From Planctomycetota bacterium (GTDB lineage: Bacteria; Planctomycetota; UBA8108; SXIK01), in contig CBDCXR010000004.1 of assembly GCA_965223845.1 (NCBI GenBank), positions 5,216,001-5,280,000 of the forward strand: a stretch of DNA of 64,000 bases, given 5' to 3'. Made by a program: the position numbers and the translations under genes. How positions within the stretch are numbered: the first letter of the stretch is position 1; each line of letters begins with the position of its first letter. Below the pieces are notes generated by a model. That model saw only the letters and a program-made list of their open reading frames with translations. It was not told where the DNA came from and did not search any database. Positions 46,693-56,681 of the stretch are shown here, piece by piece.

Positions 46693-47727
46693 ATGAGAGA
46701 GTTCGTCCTCAAGAATCCTCGCCTGGGAGTACCGAGCTCGGCCCGGGAGTCGTCCGTTGACTCGACGACGGTCGAGCTGACGAGCGGGAGCGAGGAGCGG
46801 AAACCCGCTGATTCGCTTTCGGACGTATCGCTCGGCGACGCGGAGCCGAGTGAGCTCTCACTCGACGAGGCGATCGCTAGCCTCGACGATGTCAATCTCG
46901 ACCTCGACATCGATGGCTTCGTCGTCGAAAGCGCGGCTGCGACCGAGTCCGAGTCGACGGGTACGAATGCGACCGGAGTCATCCTCAACCTAGCGGAAGC
47001 GCCGGCGCTCGGGACCGACACGGCTGTCGGTGCGGCCGAACCGCACGAACTCGCGTCGAATCCGGAATCGATCGCCGCGACCGAGTCTGACCTCGAGGCG
47101 GACGCGGTCGGCGCGACATTGGCGGGTGCTTCGCCCTCCGCGTCAGGTGACGTCGACCGTCTACGCGCACGCCTCGCCGAGTGCGAGGAGCAGCTCCGAA
47201 AGCGAGAAAACTCGCTCGCCGAAATCTTCGAGTTCCTCAAGGAGTTCAAACGCGCCGAAGAAGAAGCGAAGTTGATCCAGCGGGGGATCGCCCTACACGA
47301 TCGACTCGAGGCGGCGATTGCCAACGACTTCGCCGAGTTCGAGTCGTCCTCGACACCGGCCGGCGAAGCACCGATCGCCGTCGACCCGCAGCAGTTCTAC
47401 GGCTTCTTCGGCGAGCTCAAGGAGGTCGGCGTCTCCGAGATTCTCGAGTTCGTCCGGACGACGAACAAAACGGGCCGACTCGTCGTCGAAGCACAGTGCG
47501 TTCAGGGGACCATCGACTTCGTCGCCGGCCAGGCGATCTTCGCCAAAACGACGGAGGCGGAGGGATTCGACGCGTTCTACGACCTCATGGGAGCTGAAAC
47601 GGGGCACGTCCGGTTCTCGGCGGAAGCCGTCGACTCGAGTCGACGAAACCTCTCTAAGGGAACACTGCAGCTCATGATGAAGGCGCTGCGGCTCCTCGAC
47701 GAACGCAACTCGCAGATGCGGCGATAG
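46693..47727 (+). CDS. Acidic/coiled-coil protein with C-terminal DUF4388 (PATAN-like) domain
   Basis: F.GEL.EV...EIL.FV....KTG.L.V.....G.IDF..G...A...EG.DAFY...G..RF......L.M.ALR.LDE. Confidence 0.78.
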   Translation: MREFVLKNPRLGVPSSARESSVDSTTVELTSGSEERKPADSLSDVSLGDAEPSELSLDEAIASLDDVNLDLDIDGFVVESAAATESESTGTNATGVILNLAEAPALGTDTAVGAAEPHELASNPESIAATESDLEADAVGATLAGASPSASGDVDRLRARLAECEEQLRKRENSLAEIFEFLKEFKRAEEEAKLIQRGIALHDRLEAAIANDFAEFESSSTPAGEAPIAVDPQQFYGFFGELKEVGVSEILEFVRTTNKTGRLVVEAQCVQGTIDFVAGQAIFAKTTEAEGFDAFYDLMGAETGHVRFSAEAVDSSRRNLSKGTLQLMMKALRLLDERNSQMRR

Positions 47728-47799
47728 AGTTCCGAGAGCACGATCGCCGCTCCAGGATGGACCACGAGCTCGCGAAGCTCCCGAGCACGCCTCGGAAAC

Positions 47800-48906
47800 T
47801 CACTCTTCGGTCGAAGGTGGTGGCTTCCGCCCGAACGGCCACAGCTTCGCGAGACCGCGCTTGGCGCCCGGGATCCAGCCGCCTCGCAGCACGGCTTCGG
47901 TCGCGGTTTTCGACGACGGCTCGAAGAGATGGCGAAGGTCGACGACGAACTGGTCGTACACCTCGAGGACGCAGGTGTAGTAGCCCTTTTCGCGAATCTT
48001 CGCGAAGGCGCCCAGGTAGTAGTCGACGACGTTGTCGCTGAAGAGATCGAGGGCGACCTTGACTGAGCCGACTGCGCCCCGGCCCGCACGCACCATCTGC
48101 GAATACGTCATCATTGCGACGGCGTTCGACACCTCGAGGAGCGAGCGGTTCTCGACGCGAACCGTCTCTTCGATCTCCGACCAGACGCGCGCCATGTCGT
48201 CCTTCGAGATCAGCTTCGTGAGATCGACTTCCTTCGCGTGAGCTCTCAGCTCATCGACGGTCTTTTGAAGCTGCTCCGTCGTCACGGGCGGCGTATCGAG
48301 CGAATCGGCGAGCGATCCCGACGTCCTCTGGAGTGCCGCGAGGAGCTGGTCGACGCCGTCGATCGTCTCGCTTCCTTCGATGACGCCCTGCTCCTTGAGC
48401 TCGCCGACGAGCGCGTTGAGATACGTCTTCGCGCCGAAGGCGACATCGCTCACCACGGCGAGCACCCAAACGGGTGAGACGTGGAGTACGGCGAGTCCGC
48501 CGACGTCGATCACGTTGCCGACCGCCTTCTTGACGACGAATTGATCGTCGTCCCCGCTCGCCGGATCGTGCTCGCCGTCTTCGCCGGACGGCGATGGCTC
48601 GGCCGACGCAAGCTTTCCCACGTCGTCGGCGAGAAACCCGAGCATCTTTTCGACCGTGAGCCGGTAGAGCTGGGCCTCCTTCATCGCGTCGGGAACCGCG
48701 AGCTTCGCGAGGTCGCGCGCCGTCGAGCTCGCCGTACCGATCATGCCGCGAGCGACCCGTTCGGGGAGGCTGAGCGAGTAGACCGTCGCATCGACCGCTT
48801 TCGAAATGAGACCGGACTCGTCCGTTTCCGCAGCGGCTTCCGGTGTCTCTTCGTCTCGTGCGGCAGGTTCGGACGGGTCGGTCTTCTCAGAATTCGATTC
48901 GTTCAT
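47800..48906 (-). CDS. Hypothetical helical protein
   Basis: Long ORF with host-like codon usage; motifs YSLSLPER and HVSPVWVLA..SD; no family recognised. Confidence 0.7.
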   Translation of the reverse strand: MNESNSEKTDPSEPAARDEETPEAAAETDESGLISKAVDATVYSLSLPERVARGMIGTASSTARDLAKLAVPDAMKEAQLYRLTVEKMLGFLADDVGKLASAEPSPSGEDGEHDPASGDDDQFVVKKAVGNVIDVGGLAVLHVSPVWVLAVVSDVAFGAKTYLNALVGELKEQGVIEGSETIDGVDQLLAALQRTSGSLADSLDTPPVTTEQLQKTVDELRAHAKEVDLTKLISKDDMARVWSEIEETVRVENRSLLEVSNAVAMMTYSQMVRAGRGAVGSVKVALDLFSDNVVDYYLGAFAKIREKGYYTCVLEVYDQFVVDLRHLFEPSSKTATEAVLRGGWIPGAKRGLAKLWPFGRKPPPSTEE

Positions 48907-49007
48907 AGCAATCTCTCCGACGCGCACGCTCACCCGACATTACGCGAAAGCGATCCCGTCACCCGCGAAGAGTCCGCACGGGCGGAGACGAGAAGCGTCC
49001 ACGCGAC

Positions 49008-49051
49008 TTGACACCACCGGCGAGCGTCTCAATCATGTACAGTTCTGTCAA
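49008..49051. promoter_or_regulatory. Possible overlapping divergent promoters
   Basis: TTGACA at 49008-49013 (+) and TGTCAA at 49046-49051 (TTGACA on -) in the divergent intergenic gap; -10 boxes are weak. Confidence 0.3.
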
Positions 49052-49086
49052 CGAGTTACGAGTGATCGACGGAGCGGGCGAGCGAC

Positions 49087-51108
49087 ATGATCCGAGCGCG
49101 ACCACGACTTGCCGAGAACCGCCGTCGCGGAACATTCGCGACTCTCGCCACCATTTGGGTGGCGGCGGCGGCGACCGCCGTCGCCGAAGGAGAGGCCGAC
49201 GACGACGGTCTCTGGTCGGCGCACGTTCGACCGCTCCTCGAGGCGCGCTGCACGAAATGCCACGGCGCGGCCGCGCGGAAGGCCGGACTCGATCTCCGTC
49301 GTCCGGAGTCGATTCGCGCCGGCGCAAAGTCCGGTCCGGTCGTCATCCCGGGAAAGCCGGAGGAGAGCTCGCTCTATCGCGTGCTGATCGCGGGCCCCGA
49401 TGATCGGATGCCTCTCGACGACGCCCCACTCAGCCGCGAAGAGATCGCGATCATCGAGCGGTGGATTCGCGGCGGGGCTACAACGGGCGGCCGGGAACCG
49501 CGGACGGAACAACAGCCGCGCTCCGTCGCCACGACATCGGAGGCTCTTCCGCCCGCGGGATTGACCCCTGGCCTCGTCATCGATCTCCTCATCGAAGAGG
49601 GTTGGCAGCGCCGCGGCGTTCGACCGGCGGTGCGGGCGGACGACCGAGCCTTCGCGCGGAGACTCTACCTCGATCTCGCCGGAAGAATTCCGACGACGGA
49701 AGAGCTCGCGGCGTTCGAGCGCGACACACGCTCGGAGAAGCGCGAGCGGCTCATCGCGGAACTCCTGGGCGGACCCGAGTATCCGCGTCACTTTCGCGAC
49801 GTGTTCGATGTCGCACTCCTCGGCCGCTCCGATCGTCGCGCGGCCGAGCGTCGAAAGTCGAACCGTTGGCACAGCTATCTCGAATGGGCCTTCGCGGCGA
49901 ACCGTCCGTGGAGCGAAATCGTGCGCGATCTCGTCGTCGCGCGACCGGAGTCGGACGACCAGCGCGGTGCGGCGTGGTTCCTTTTCGCCGCGAAGGATAA
50001 GCATCGCGCGATGGCCGAACGCGTCGCGCCTGCGCTCCTCGGTCTTCAGGTTCAGTGCGCGCAGTGCCACGACCACCCTCTCGCTAGCGAAATCGAGCAG
50101 CGCCACTACTGGGGTCTCGTCTCCTTCTTCGAGCGAACGAAGAACGCGAGCTCCCCGCAGGGGATCGCGCTCGCTGAATCCGCGATCGGTGGCTACTCGA
50201 AGTACGCCGATCTCGACGGCGAGTCTCACGAGTCGGTGCTCGCGTTCTTCGACGGCACGGTCGTTCCGGAAAACCGACCGGAGGACCCGAAGAAGGAGAA
50301 GGACAGCGCGGAGAACTACGTCGTGCCGCCGGCCGACCTCGCCGGTGACAAGGACGCACGCGCGGTCGCCGTGCCGAAATTCTCCCGCCGGGAGGAACTC
50401 TTCCGGGTAGCACTCACCAGCGGACTCGTCGGCAAGGCGTTCGTCAATCGCGTTTGGGCTCTCCTCATGGGACGCGGGCTCGTCCATCCCGTCGACAAGA
50501 TGGACTCGATCCATCCGCCGAGTCACCCGCGTCTTCTCGCGTGGCTCACGCGGGATTTCATCGCGAACGGCTACGACGTCCGGCGTCTCGTGCGTGCGAT
50601 CGTGACGAGCCGGGCGTACCAGCTCGACTCACGGCCGCGCGATGGCAAATCGACCCCGCCCGAGGCGTTCGCGGTCGCGATGGCGAAACCGCTCGGCGCC
50701 GAAGCGCTCCAGCGCTCTTGGTTCGTTGCCACCGGACGCGGCGAGACGAGCGTCGACGCGCTAGAGATCGCCGATTCCTTCGGGCGGGTCTTCCCGGCTC
50801 TCTTCGCCGAAGAGAATACGGCCGAGCTCAAGCAGGCGCTCTTCCTCTCGAACAATCCTGAGATCGATCGACTGCTCGCCGCCGAGAAAGGAACGACGGT
50901 GGAGCGCCTCCTCGCACTCGACACGACGGAGCGGCGCGTTCGACTCGCGTTCGAAACGATGTTCGCACGCACGCCGGACAGCGAGGAGCTCGGGCGCGCG
51001 GCGGCGTTTCTCGATGCGCGACGCGAGTCCCCCGAACGCGAACGGGCAGGGATCGAGCAGTTTCTCTGGGCGCTTCTCACGAGCGCAGAGTTTCGCTTCA
51101 ACCACTGA
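49087..51108 (+). CDS. Planctomycete cytochrome c (PSCyt1) + DUF1549 + DUF1553 protein
   Basis: VRPLLEARCTKCHG...V.PGKPEES.L...RMP; RRLYLDL.GRIPT; CAQCHDHP; VNRVW..L.GRG.V.PVD, PSHP.LL..L; SAEFRFNH. Confidence 0.92.
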   Translation: MIRARPRLAENRRRGTFATLATIWVAAAATAVAEGEADDDGLWSAHVRPLLEARCTKCHGAAARKAGLDLRRPESIRAGAKSGPVVIPGKPEESSLYRVLIAGPDDRMPLDDAPLSREEIAIIERWIRGGATTGGREPRTEQQPRSVATTSEALPPAGLTPGLVIDLLIEEGWQRRGVRPAVRADDRAFARRLYLDLAGRIPTTEELAAFERDTRSEKRERLIAELLGGPEYPRHFRDVFDVALLGRSDRRAAERRKSNRWHSYLEWAFAANRPWSEIVRDLVVARPESDDQRGAAWFLFAAKDKHRAMAERVAPALLGLQVQCAQCHDHPLASEIEQRHYWGLVSFFERTKNASSPQGIALAESAIGGYSKYADLDGESHESVLAFFDGTVVPENRPEDPKKEKDSAENYVVPPADLAGDKDARAVAVPKFSRREELFRVALTSGLVGKAFVNRVWALLMGRGLVHPVDKMDSIHPPSHPRLLAWLTRDFIANGYDVRRLVRAIVTSRAYQLDSRPRDGKSTPPEAFAVAMAKPLGAEALQRSWFVATGRGETSVDALEIADSFGRVFPALFAEENTAELKQALFLSNNPEIDRLLAAEKGTTVERLLALDTTERRVRLAFETMFARTPDSEELGRAAAFLDARRESPERERAGIEQFLWALLTSAEFRFNH

Positions 51109-51115
51109 TCGAGCG

Positions 51116-52456
51116 ATGCACGAACGAACCAAGCGCCGACTCCATCGAGCATCCGTTTGCGGCGGAGCGGATCACGTCATCCACCGGCGGCGTTTCCTTC
51201 AGGGTGCGGCCGGAGCGAGCGTGGCATCGGTGATGAGCTGGACGGGGCTGTTTTCGGTGAAGGCGTTTGCCGAACGCGCCAAGGCCGATGGCAAGCACTG
51301 TATTCTTCTCTGGCAGTGTGGTGGACCGAGTCAGTTCGAGTCGTGGGATCCGAAGCCGGGCCGTCCGACGAGTGGACCGTTCGGCTCGATACCGACGAAG
51401 CTTCCCGGGATCCACTTCAGCGAGCTGATGCCGAAGTGTGCCTCCATCGCGGATAAGCTCGCGATCGTACGATCGATGAAGACCGCGCAGTCGGAGCACT
51501 TTCAGGCGATCGACCTCCTCACACGCGGGAACGAGCGGCGCCCTCCGTTCGTTCGACCCGCGCTCGGCTCCGTACTCGGCGAGCAGCTCGGTCAGCTCGA
51601 GAGCCCGATCCCGGACTTCATCCTTCTCGATCCATGCCCGGAGGGGAACGAGTTCAAGGCATTCAAGGCGGGGAACTGGGCGGGCTGGCTCGGCGCGGAA
51701 TACTCGCCCGTGCGCGTCGGCGGCGAGTACGGCATTCCCGATATCGATCGTCTGGCCTCGCTTTCCGAGGCGGATCAAGACGAGCGCGAATCGCTCCGGC
51801 GCTTCTTCAGCAAGAAATTCGAGAACGAGCGAAAGAGCAGCGCCGCGGAATCGTACAACGCGGTCTTCGAACGCGTGAAGGGGCTCATGAGCTGCGCGGA
51901 TCTCTTTGATCTCGATCGGCTTCCCGAGAAGGATCGCGATCGCTACGGCCCCGGAACGTTCGGGCTCCATGCGCTTCTCGCACGCCATCTCGTCGAGAAC
52001 GGAGCGCCGTTCGTCATGGTCGCGAACGGGATGCCCTGGGACACGCACGTCTTCAACCACGAGATCTACCAGATGATCGTCCCCGATCTCGATCAGATCG
52101 TCTTTCATCTCGTCGCTGATCTCGAGGAGCGTGGCCTACTCGAGAAGACACTCGTCATCGTCATGGGAGAGTTCGGCCGAACCCCGTGGATCAATCAGGC
52201 GCGCGGGCGCGATCACTATCCGGCGGCGTGGAGTCTCGCCCTCGCCGGCTGCGGAATTCAGCCGGGGGTAGTCGTCGGTGAGACCGACGAAGACGGCATC
52301 GATGTCAAAGGCGAGCATTTCGACGAGAGGAATCTCTTCGCGACGATCTTCTCGGCCCTCGGAATCGACCCTTACGCGAAGTACGACTTGCCCGGCCTCC
52401 CGACGTTCCATCGCGTCGAAGAGAAGCAGCCGCCCATCCCGGGAGTGCTCGCATGA
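51116..52456 (+). CDS. DUF1501 protein (Tat signal)
   Basis: HRRRFL Tat motif; LW..GGPSQ.E.WDPKP, WDTH, MGEFGRTP..N...GRDH. Start at ATG 51116. Confidence 0.92.
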   Translation: MHERTKRRLHRASVCGGADHVIHRRRFLQGAAGASVASVMSWTGLFSVKAFAERAKADGKHCILLWQCGGPSQFESWDPKPGRPTSGPFGSIPTKLPGIHFSELMPKCASIADKLAIVRSMKTAQSEHFQAIDLLTRGNERRPPFVRPALGSVLGEQLGQLESPIPDFILLDPCPEGNEFKAFKAGNWAGWLGAEYSPVRVGGEYGIPDIDRLASLSEADQDERESLRRFFSKKFENERKSSAAESYNAVFERVKGLMSCADLFDLDRLPEKDRDRYGPGTFGLHALLARHLVENGAPFVMVANGMPWDTHVFNHEIYQMIVPDLDQIVFHLVADLEERGLLEKTLVIVMGEFGRTPWINQARGRDHYPAAWSLALAGCGIQPGVVVGETDEDGIDVKGEHFDERNLFATIFSALGIDPYAKYDLPGLPTFHRVEEKQPPIPGVLA

Positions 52457-52995
52457 CTCGCTCCGTGCAAAGGAGTAAGGACGAGAGGATCTCGTTCGCA
52501 AGCGCCATCGGCCGAGCTCAAGCTGTCATCGCCGCGGCGACCTTCGTGCTTGCCGGCGGCTGCGCGAAGCCGGAGGGCTCGCGCCGTCTGGACGTCCGCG
52601 CTGCGCTGCTCACGTCGGCGGCCGAGAACGATCCCGACTTTCCCGACGGCGAGACCGTTCTGCTCACGCACTTCTCCCACGTGGGAGAGCTCCAGTCGTC
52701 GCGCGGTGATCTCGTGTACGTCGCCGATCGACGCGCGGTCACGGCCGGAATGCCGGCACCGCGCGGCCACAATTTCATCACGTTCTTCGACGAAGACTTC
52801 GTCTACCTCGGAAAGACGCACTACGTCGCGAGTCGCCCGCTCTGGTGCGAAGGGAGCCGCCTCTATCTCTTCGGCGAACTCGACGGGATCGTCGCCGGCC
52901 TCTCCGGAAACGTGATCGACCTCTCTGACGGCTACGACCGGATTCGGGCGTATCACGCTCGCGCGTACGGGAGCTCGGGAGGAATCGATGGTTGA
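52453..52995 (+). CDS. Hypothetical lipoprotein
   Basis: FVLAGG-C lipobox; ATGA-coupled to DUF1501. Confidence 0.6.
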   Translation: MTRSVQRSKDERISFASAIGRAQAVIAAATFVLAGGCAKPEGSRRLDVRAALLTSAAENDPDFPDGETVLLTHFSHVGELQSSRGDLVYVADRRAVTAGMPAPRGHNFITFFDEDFVYLGKTHYVASRPLWCEGSRLYLFGELDGIVAGLSGNVIDLSDGYDRIRAYHARAYGSSGGIDG

Positions 52996-53022
52996 AGGAC
53001 CGAAGCATTGGAGCGTCGCGCC

Positions 53023-54120
53023 ATGACCGCGATCACCGCGCCAAAGCCCCAGCTGAAGCTCGTGCGCAATTTGAGTCTCCCGGCAGCCGTACTCGCCGTC
53101 GACGCGCGCGCGGAAGGCCGCGAACTCTATGCGGCCTGCCTCGACGGCGGAGTCTACGCGGTCGACAGTGAGAGCGGAGAGCGGCGGAAGATCGGCCAAC
53201 ATGCGAGCTACGCCTCGGGTGTGCGACTGCTCCCCGGCGGCGAGACGCTGATCTCGAGCGGCTACGACGGCAAGCTCAAGTGGCACCGAACGAACGGAGA
53301 ATCCATCCGGGAGATCGCTGCGCACGAATTCTGGTCGTGGCAGCTCTCGGTGAGTCGCGACGGCCGCTACGTCGCGTCCGTGACCGGACAGTATCTCTGC
53401 GGCGGCTACAAGTACGAGCCCGCTCCCGAGCGCGAGCCATCGGTCCGAGTGTACGACGCCGCGTCCGGCGAACTCGTTCATTCGTTCAGCCACGTTCCAC
53501 CGGTCCAGTCGGTCGCATTCAGTCCCGACGGCAAGTCGATCGCGGCCGGCAATCTCATGGGAGAGATTCGGGTCTGGGATCTCGCGAGCGGTGAGCAAAC
53601 CGCGGCCTGGACTACGTCGAGCTTTACCGGCTGGGGGATCATCAAGGGGCACTACTTCACCGGCGGAGTGTTCGCGCTCGAGTTCACGCCGGACGGAGAG
53701 GAACTCTTCGCCGCGGGGATGGGCACGACGCGTGATCCCGCGGCCGGAAACGGTCGCCAGCTCTGGCAGCGCTTTCGCTGGGGGGCGACGCCGGTCGAGA
53801 AGACGGGTGAGACAAAAACGGGCGAGAGTGGTCAAGGATTGATGGAAACCTTGCGGCTCCATCCCTCGAACGCGTTTTTCGTCATGGCCGGACGAGTGTT
53901 CAAGGGCGACTGGAACGCGGCGCTGTTCGACGCGGCGACCGGCGGCGTGCTCCACACGTTAACGACGAAGTGCCGCGTGACGAGTTCCGCCTTCTCCGCG
54001 GACGGACGAAGGCTCTATCTCGGTGGCGCCCTCTCGCAGAAGAAGCCGAAGGACGGCAAGTGGCCCGATTTCGGGCGCGTCGGCGTGTACGAGTTTCCGC
54101 GACGGACGCGGGCGTTCTGA
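53023..54120 (+). CDS. WD40-repeat beta-propeller protein
   Basis: LISSGYDG.LKW, SRDGRYVAS, VAFSPDG..IAAG...G.IRVWD, FSADG. Confidence 0.88.
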   Translation: MTAITAPKPQLKLVRNLSLPAAVLAVDARAEGRELYAACLDGGVYAVDSESGERRKIGQHASYASGVRLLPGGETLISSGYDGKLKWHRTNGESIREIAAHEFWSWQLSVSRDGRYVASVTGQYLCGGYKYEPAPEREPSVRVYDAASGELVHSFSHVPPVQSVAFSPDGKSIAAGNLMGEIRVWDLASGEQTAAWTTSSFTGWGIIKGHYFTGGVFALEFTPDGEELFAAGMGTTRDPAAGNGRQLWQRFRWGATPVEKTGETKTGESGQGLMETLRLHPSNAFFVMAGRVFKGDWNAALFDAATGGVLHTLTTKCRVTSSAFSADGRRLYLGGALSQKKPKDGKWPDFGRVGVYEFPRRTRAF

Positions 54121-54162
54121 GGGGGCGCGCTCGAGGGATCGACGGGGTGGCCCGCCGACTCG

Positions 54163-54750
54163 CTACGCGAACGTCGCGGAGATGACGGCGAAGACGATCA
54201 ACGCGAAGAAGATCGCGCAGATGATTCTCACCGCGAGCGACGTCCGGTACTTGATGTGCGGCGTCGAATCGATGACGTCGCGGTACTCGTCGGAGAAGAC
54301 GTACTGTCCCTTCTTCGAGAAGACGAGGTAGAGGATATAACCGTTGATCAGCGTTCCGATCGGAAACCCGAGCAGCCCGATCGCCGCGAAGATTCCGACG
54401 GGAAGACGGACTCCCCGGCGCAGCTTCCTGAGTCCGCTTCCGAGTGCGAAGCAGATCACGGCGACGAGTCCGTAGAGGAACGACACGGCGAGGAAAACGG
54501 ACGATTCCCCCTCCGACGAAAGTCCGACGGCTGAGATCGCCGCAGCGAAGCCGACGATCACTCCGCTCAAGTAGTAGAGCACCCCGATCGACTGGACGGA
54601 GACTTCGTGCTTCAGATGCTTGCGCCGGATGAGCTCGTAGTCGTGCTCGAGGCCGGAGAGGACGCGGTCCGCGTCGGTGACTTCCGGCGCCGCGTACGGG
54701 TTGACGTCCAGCGTCGAGGTCGACGAATCTTCCGCGAATTCAGCGGACAT
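54163..54750 (-). CDS. Membrane protein with N-terminal NPYxxP motif
   Basis: NPYAAP, IRRKHLKHE.SV.SIG, 4-5 TMs, FPIGTLINGYILYL, TPHIKY. Start at ATG 54750. Confidence 0.75.
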   Translation of the reverse strand: MSAEFAEDSSTSTLDVNPYAAPEVTDADRVLSGLEHDYELIRRKHLKHEVSVQSIGVLYYLSGVIVGFAAAISAVGLSSEGESSVFLAVSFLYGLVAVICFALGSGLRKLRRGVRLPVGIFAAIGLLGFPIGTLINGYILYLVFSKKGQYVFSDEYRDVIDSTPHIKYRTSLAVRIICAIFFALIVFAVISATFA

Positions 54751-55146
54751 GGAGCAGCTCCTTCCGGTCGCCGGAGCGAGCGAAGCCTCGTCGCACCGCC
54801 TGGATCCTGTATTGTCCCCAATCCCGGAATAGCACGCGGTTCCATCTGGAGTCTGTCCCACTTCCACCGATCCGGCCAATCCTGGGCGTTAACGGAACGC
54901 GACGACCTCCTCCGCGTGAATTCGGTCGCTCTCCCGACGTTCGCGATTGCTGAAACGATCCTGGTTGCCAAGAAGGTTCGCTCCGACCGACGCGCCGGCG
55001 CTCCAGCGGGCGACGCGAGAGAGAGAAGACGACAGCGTGGCAACTCGGTGAACGACCGACTCCGGACGCGGTGACCCTGCTCGCCGCGAGGCGCTCGCCG
55101 TGCTCCGAGAGTGTTCACGACTCGCCTCGAAACCCAGCGACAACGA

Positions 55147-56004
55147 TCACTGAATTCTCTCGTAGTAATACGCTCCGGGACCGTACACGGTACGGAATAG
55201 ATGGGAAAGACCGTGCGCGCTCTCGGTGTGGCCGAGAAACAGATATCCCCCTGGATTCATGCACGAATGAATTTCTTCGAGTACCGCCCGGGAAACGTCC
55301 GAGTCGAAGTAGATCAGAACGTTACGGCAGAAAACTACGTCCAGGTTCGAGACAGGTAGGGAGTCGATCAGATTCGCGTGGAGAAATCTCACCATCCCAC
55401 GCACTTCGCAACGAAGGCGACACTCCTCCTCACCGTCCTCGAACCATCGCTCTCTCTGAGCGGCCGAAATCTCCCGCAACTGAAACGGTGAATAAGTCGC
55501 GTTTCGAGCGGAGCGAAGATGCTTCTGAGAGCCGTCGACGCCTGTGATCTCCAGTCGCGAGATCGACTCGAGGTCGAGAGTTTCGAGCGCGGAGATCGCG
55601 ACACTGTACGGTTCTTCACCCGTGGAACAACCCAGGCTCGCTACACGAACTCTGCGACCAGCCCCCCGCGCGTAGACCTGCGGGAGGACATGACATTCCA
55701 GCGCGTCGAACTGGGCCGGGTTTCGACGAAAGCTCGTCTCACCGATCAATACCCGATCGAGCAGCCGCTGAAACTCGACCGCTCCCTGTTCCGAGTCGCG
55801 GAGCGCTCGTATGTACGCGCTCCAGCTGGAAAACTTCTCTTCGCGAAGGCACTCCTCGACGGCCCATGCCAACCGCGCCTTCCAAGAATCCCGAGCTTTG
55901 AATCCGTATCTACTGCGGATCAAATCTCGAACTTCTTCGAGCTGAGAATCGGTGAGCTCGCGGCTCGACGCAGAAACGACCCCCGAAACGCCTCCACCGC
56001 TCAC
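55147..56004 (-). CDS. cheR: Chemotaxis methyltransferase CheR
   Basis: ETSFRR, GCSTGEEPYS, FCRNVLIYFD, GGYLFLGH.ES. Confidence 0.93.
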   Translation of the reverse strand: MSGGGVSGVVSASSRELTDSQLEEVRDLIRSRYGFKARDSWKARLAWAVEECLREEKFSSWSAYIRALRDSEQGAVEFQRLLDRVLIGETSFRRNPAQFDALECHVLPQVYARGAGRRVRVASLGCSTGEEPYSVAISALETLDLESISRLEITGVDGSQKHLRSARNATYSPFQLREISAAQRERWFEDGEEECRLRCEVRGMVRFLHANLIDSLPVSNLDVVFCRNVLIYFDSDVSRAVLEEIHSCMNPGGYLFLGHTESAHGLSHLFRTVYGPGAYYYERIQ

Positions 56005-56681
56005 GAATTCGTCTCGGCGTCAAAGTTCGGATGGAAGTACTTCCGCACGAGCATGCGGAGCAAGACCCGACGGGAACTCGGGGATTTTTCGAAAACCGCC
56101 ATGATCTCGTCGACGATTCGCGTGACTCGATCCTTTCGTTCATGACTCCCGCCGGGATCGCCGCCGTCGTTTCCTTCTAGCACCTTCCTTCGTCGCGAAG
56201 CTTCGCTCGCGGTGCTCGAGAGTTTGCCGGCGGATGTCGAGGCCCTTCCGCCGAACGAGTTCCTCTCTGCCGACGCTTCGGAGCCATCTCTACCCACTAC
56301 CCGCAGCACAGCACACCGCAAGCTGTCGCCTCGGAACGGCTTCTCCACGCAGGCCTTTACGGAGCGAAACGCGGCGAATTCTTGTTCCAAACGAGATGCT
56401 TTGCGCCCCGACAGTACGATGATCGGGACATTCGACAGCTCTTCGATTCGGGAGAACTCGCGACAGACTTCCGGGCCGTTCATATCCGGAAGCAGATAGT
56501 CCAGCACGACGGCACTCGGAGGTTGTGCGCGAGCCAGCTCCAGCGCCTTCGCGGCAGTGCTTGCGCACACGACCTCGTATCCGGCCGCAACGAGTTGCCG
56601 CTCCGCCAGCTTCAAAACCGTCAAGCTGTCGTCAACGAGCAGTATCCGCCGATTCACGGATGGCCTCTTCCTGTTTGCCAA
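56001..56681 (-). CDS. Response regulator (intact receiver + short C-terminal extension)
   Basis: ILLVDDS, VVLDYLLPDMNG, IIVLSG, KPF. Confidence 0.85.
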   Translation of the reverse strand: MANRKRPSVNRRILLVDDSLTVLKLAERQLVAAGYEVVCASTAAKALELARAQPPSAVVLDYLLPDMNGPEVCREFSRIEELSNVPIIVLSGRKASRLEQEFAAFRSVKACVEKPFRGDSLRCAVLRVVGRDGSEASAERNSFGGRASTSAGKLSSTASEASRRRKVLEGNDGGDPGGSHERKDRVTRIVDEIMAVFEKSPSSRRVLLRMLVRKYFHPNFDAETNS

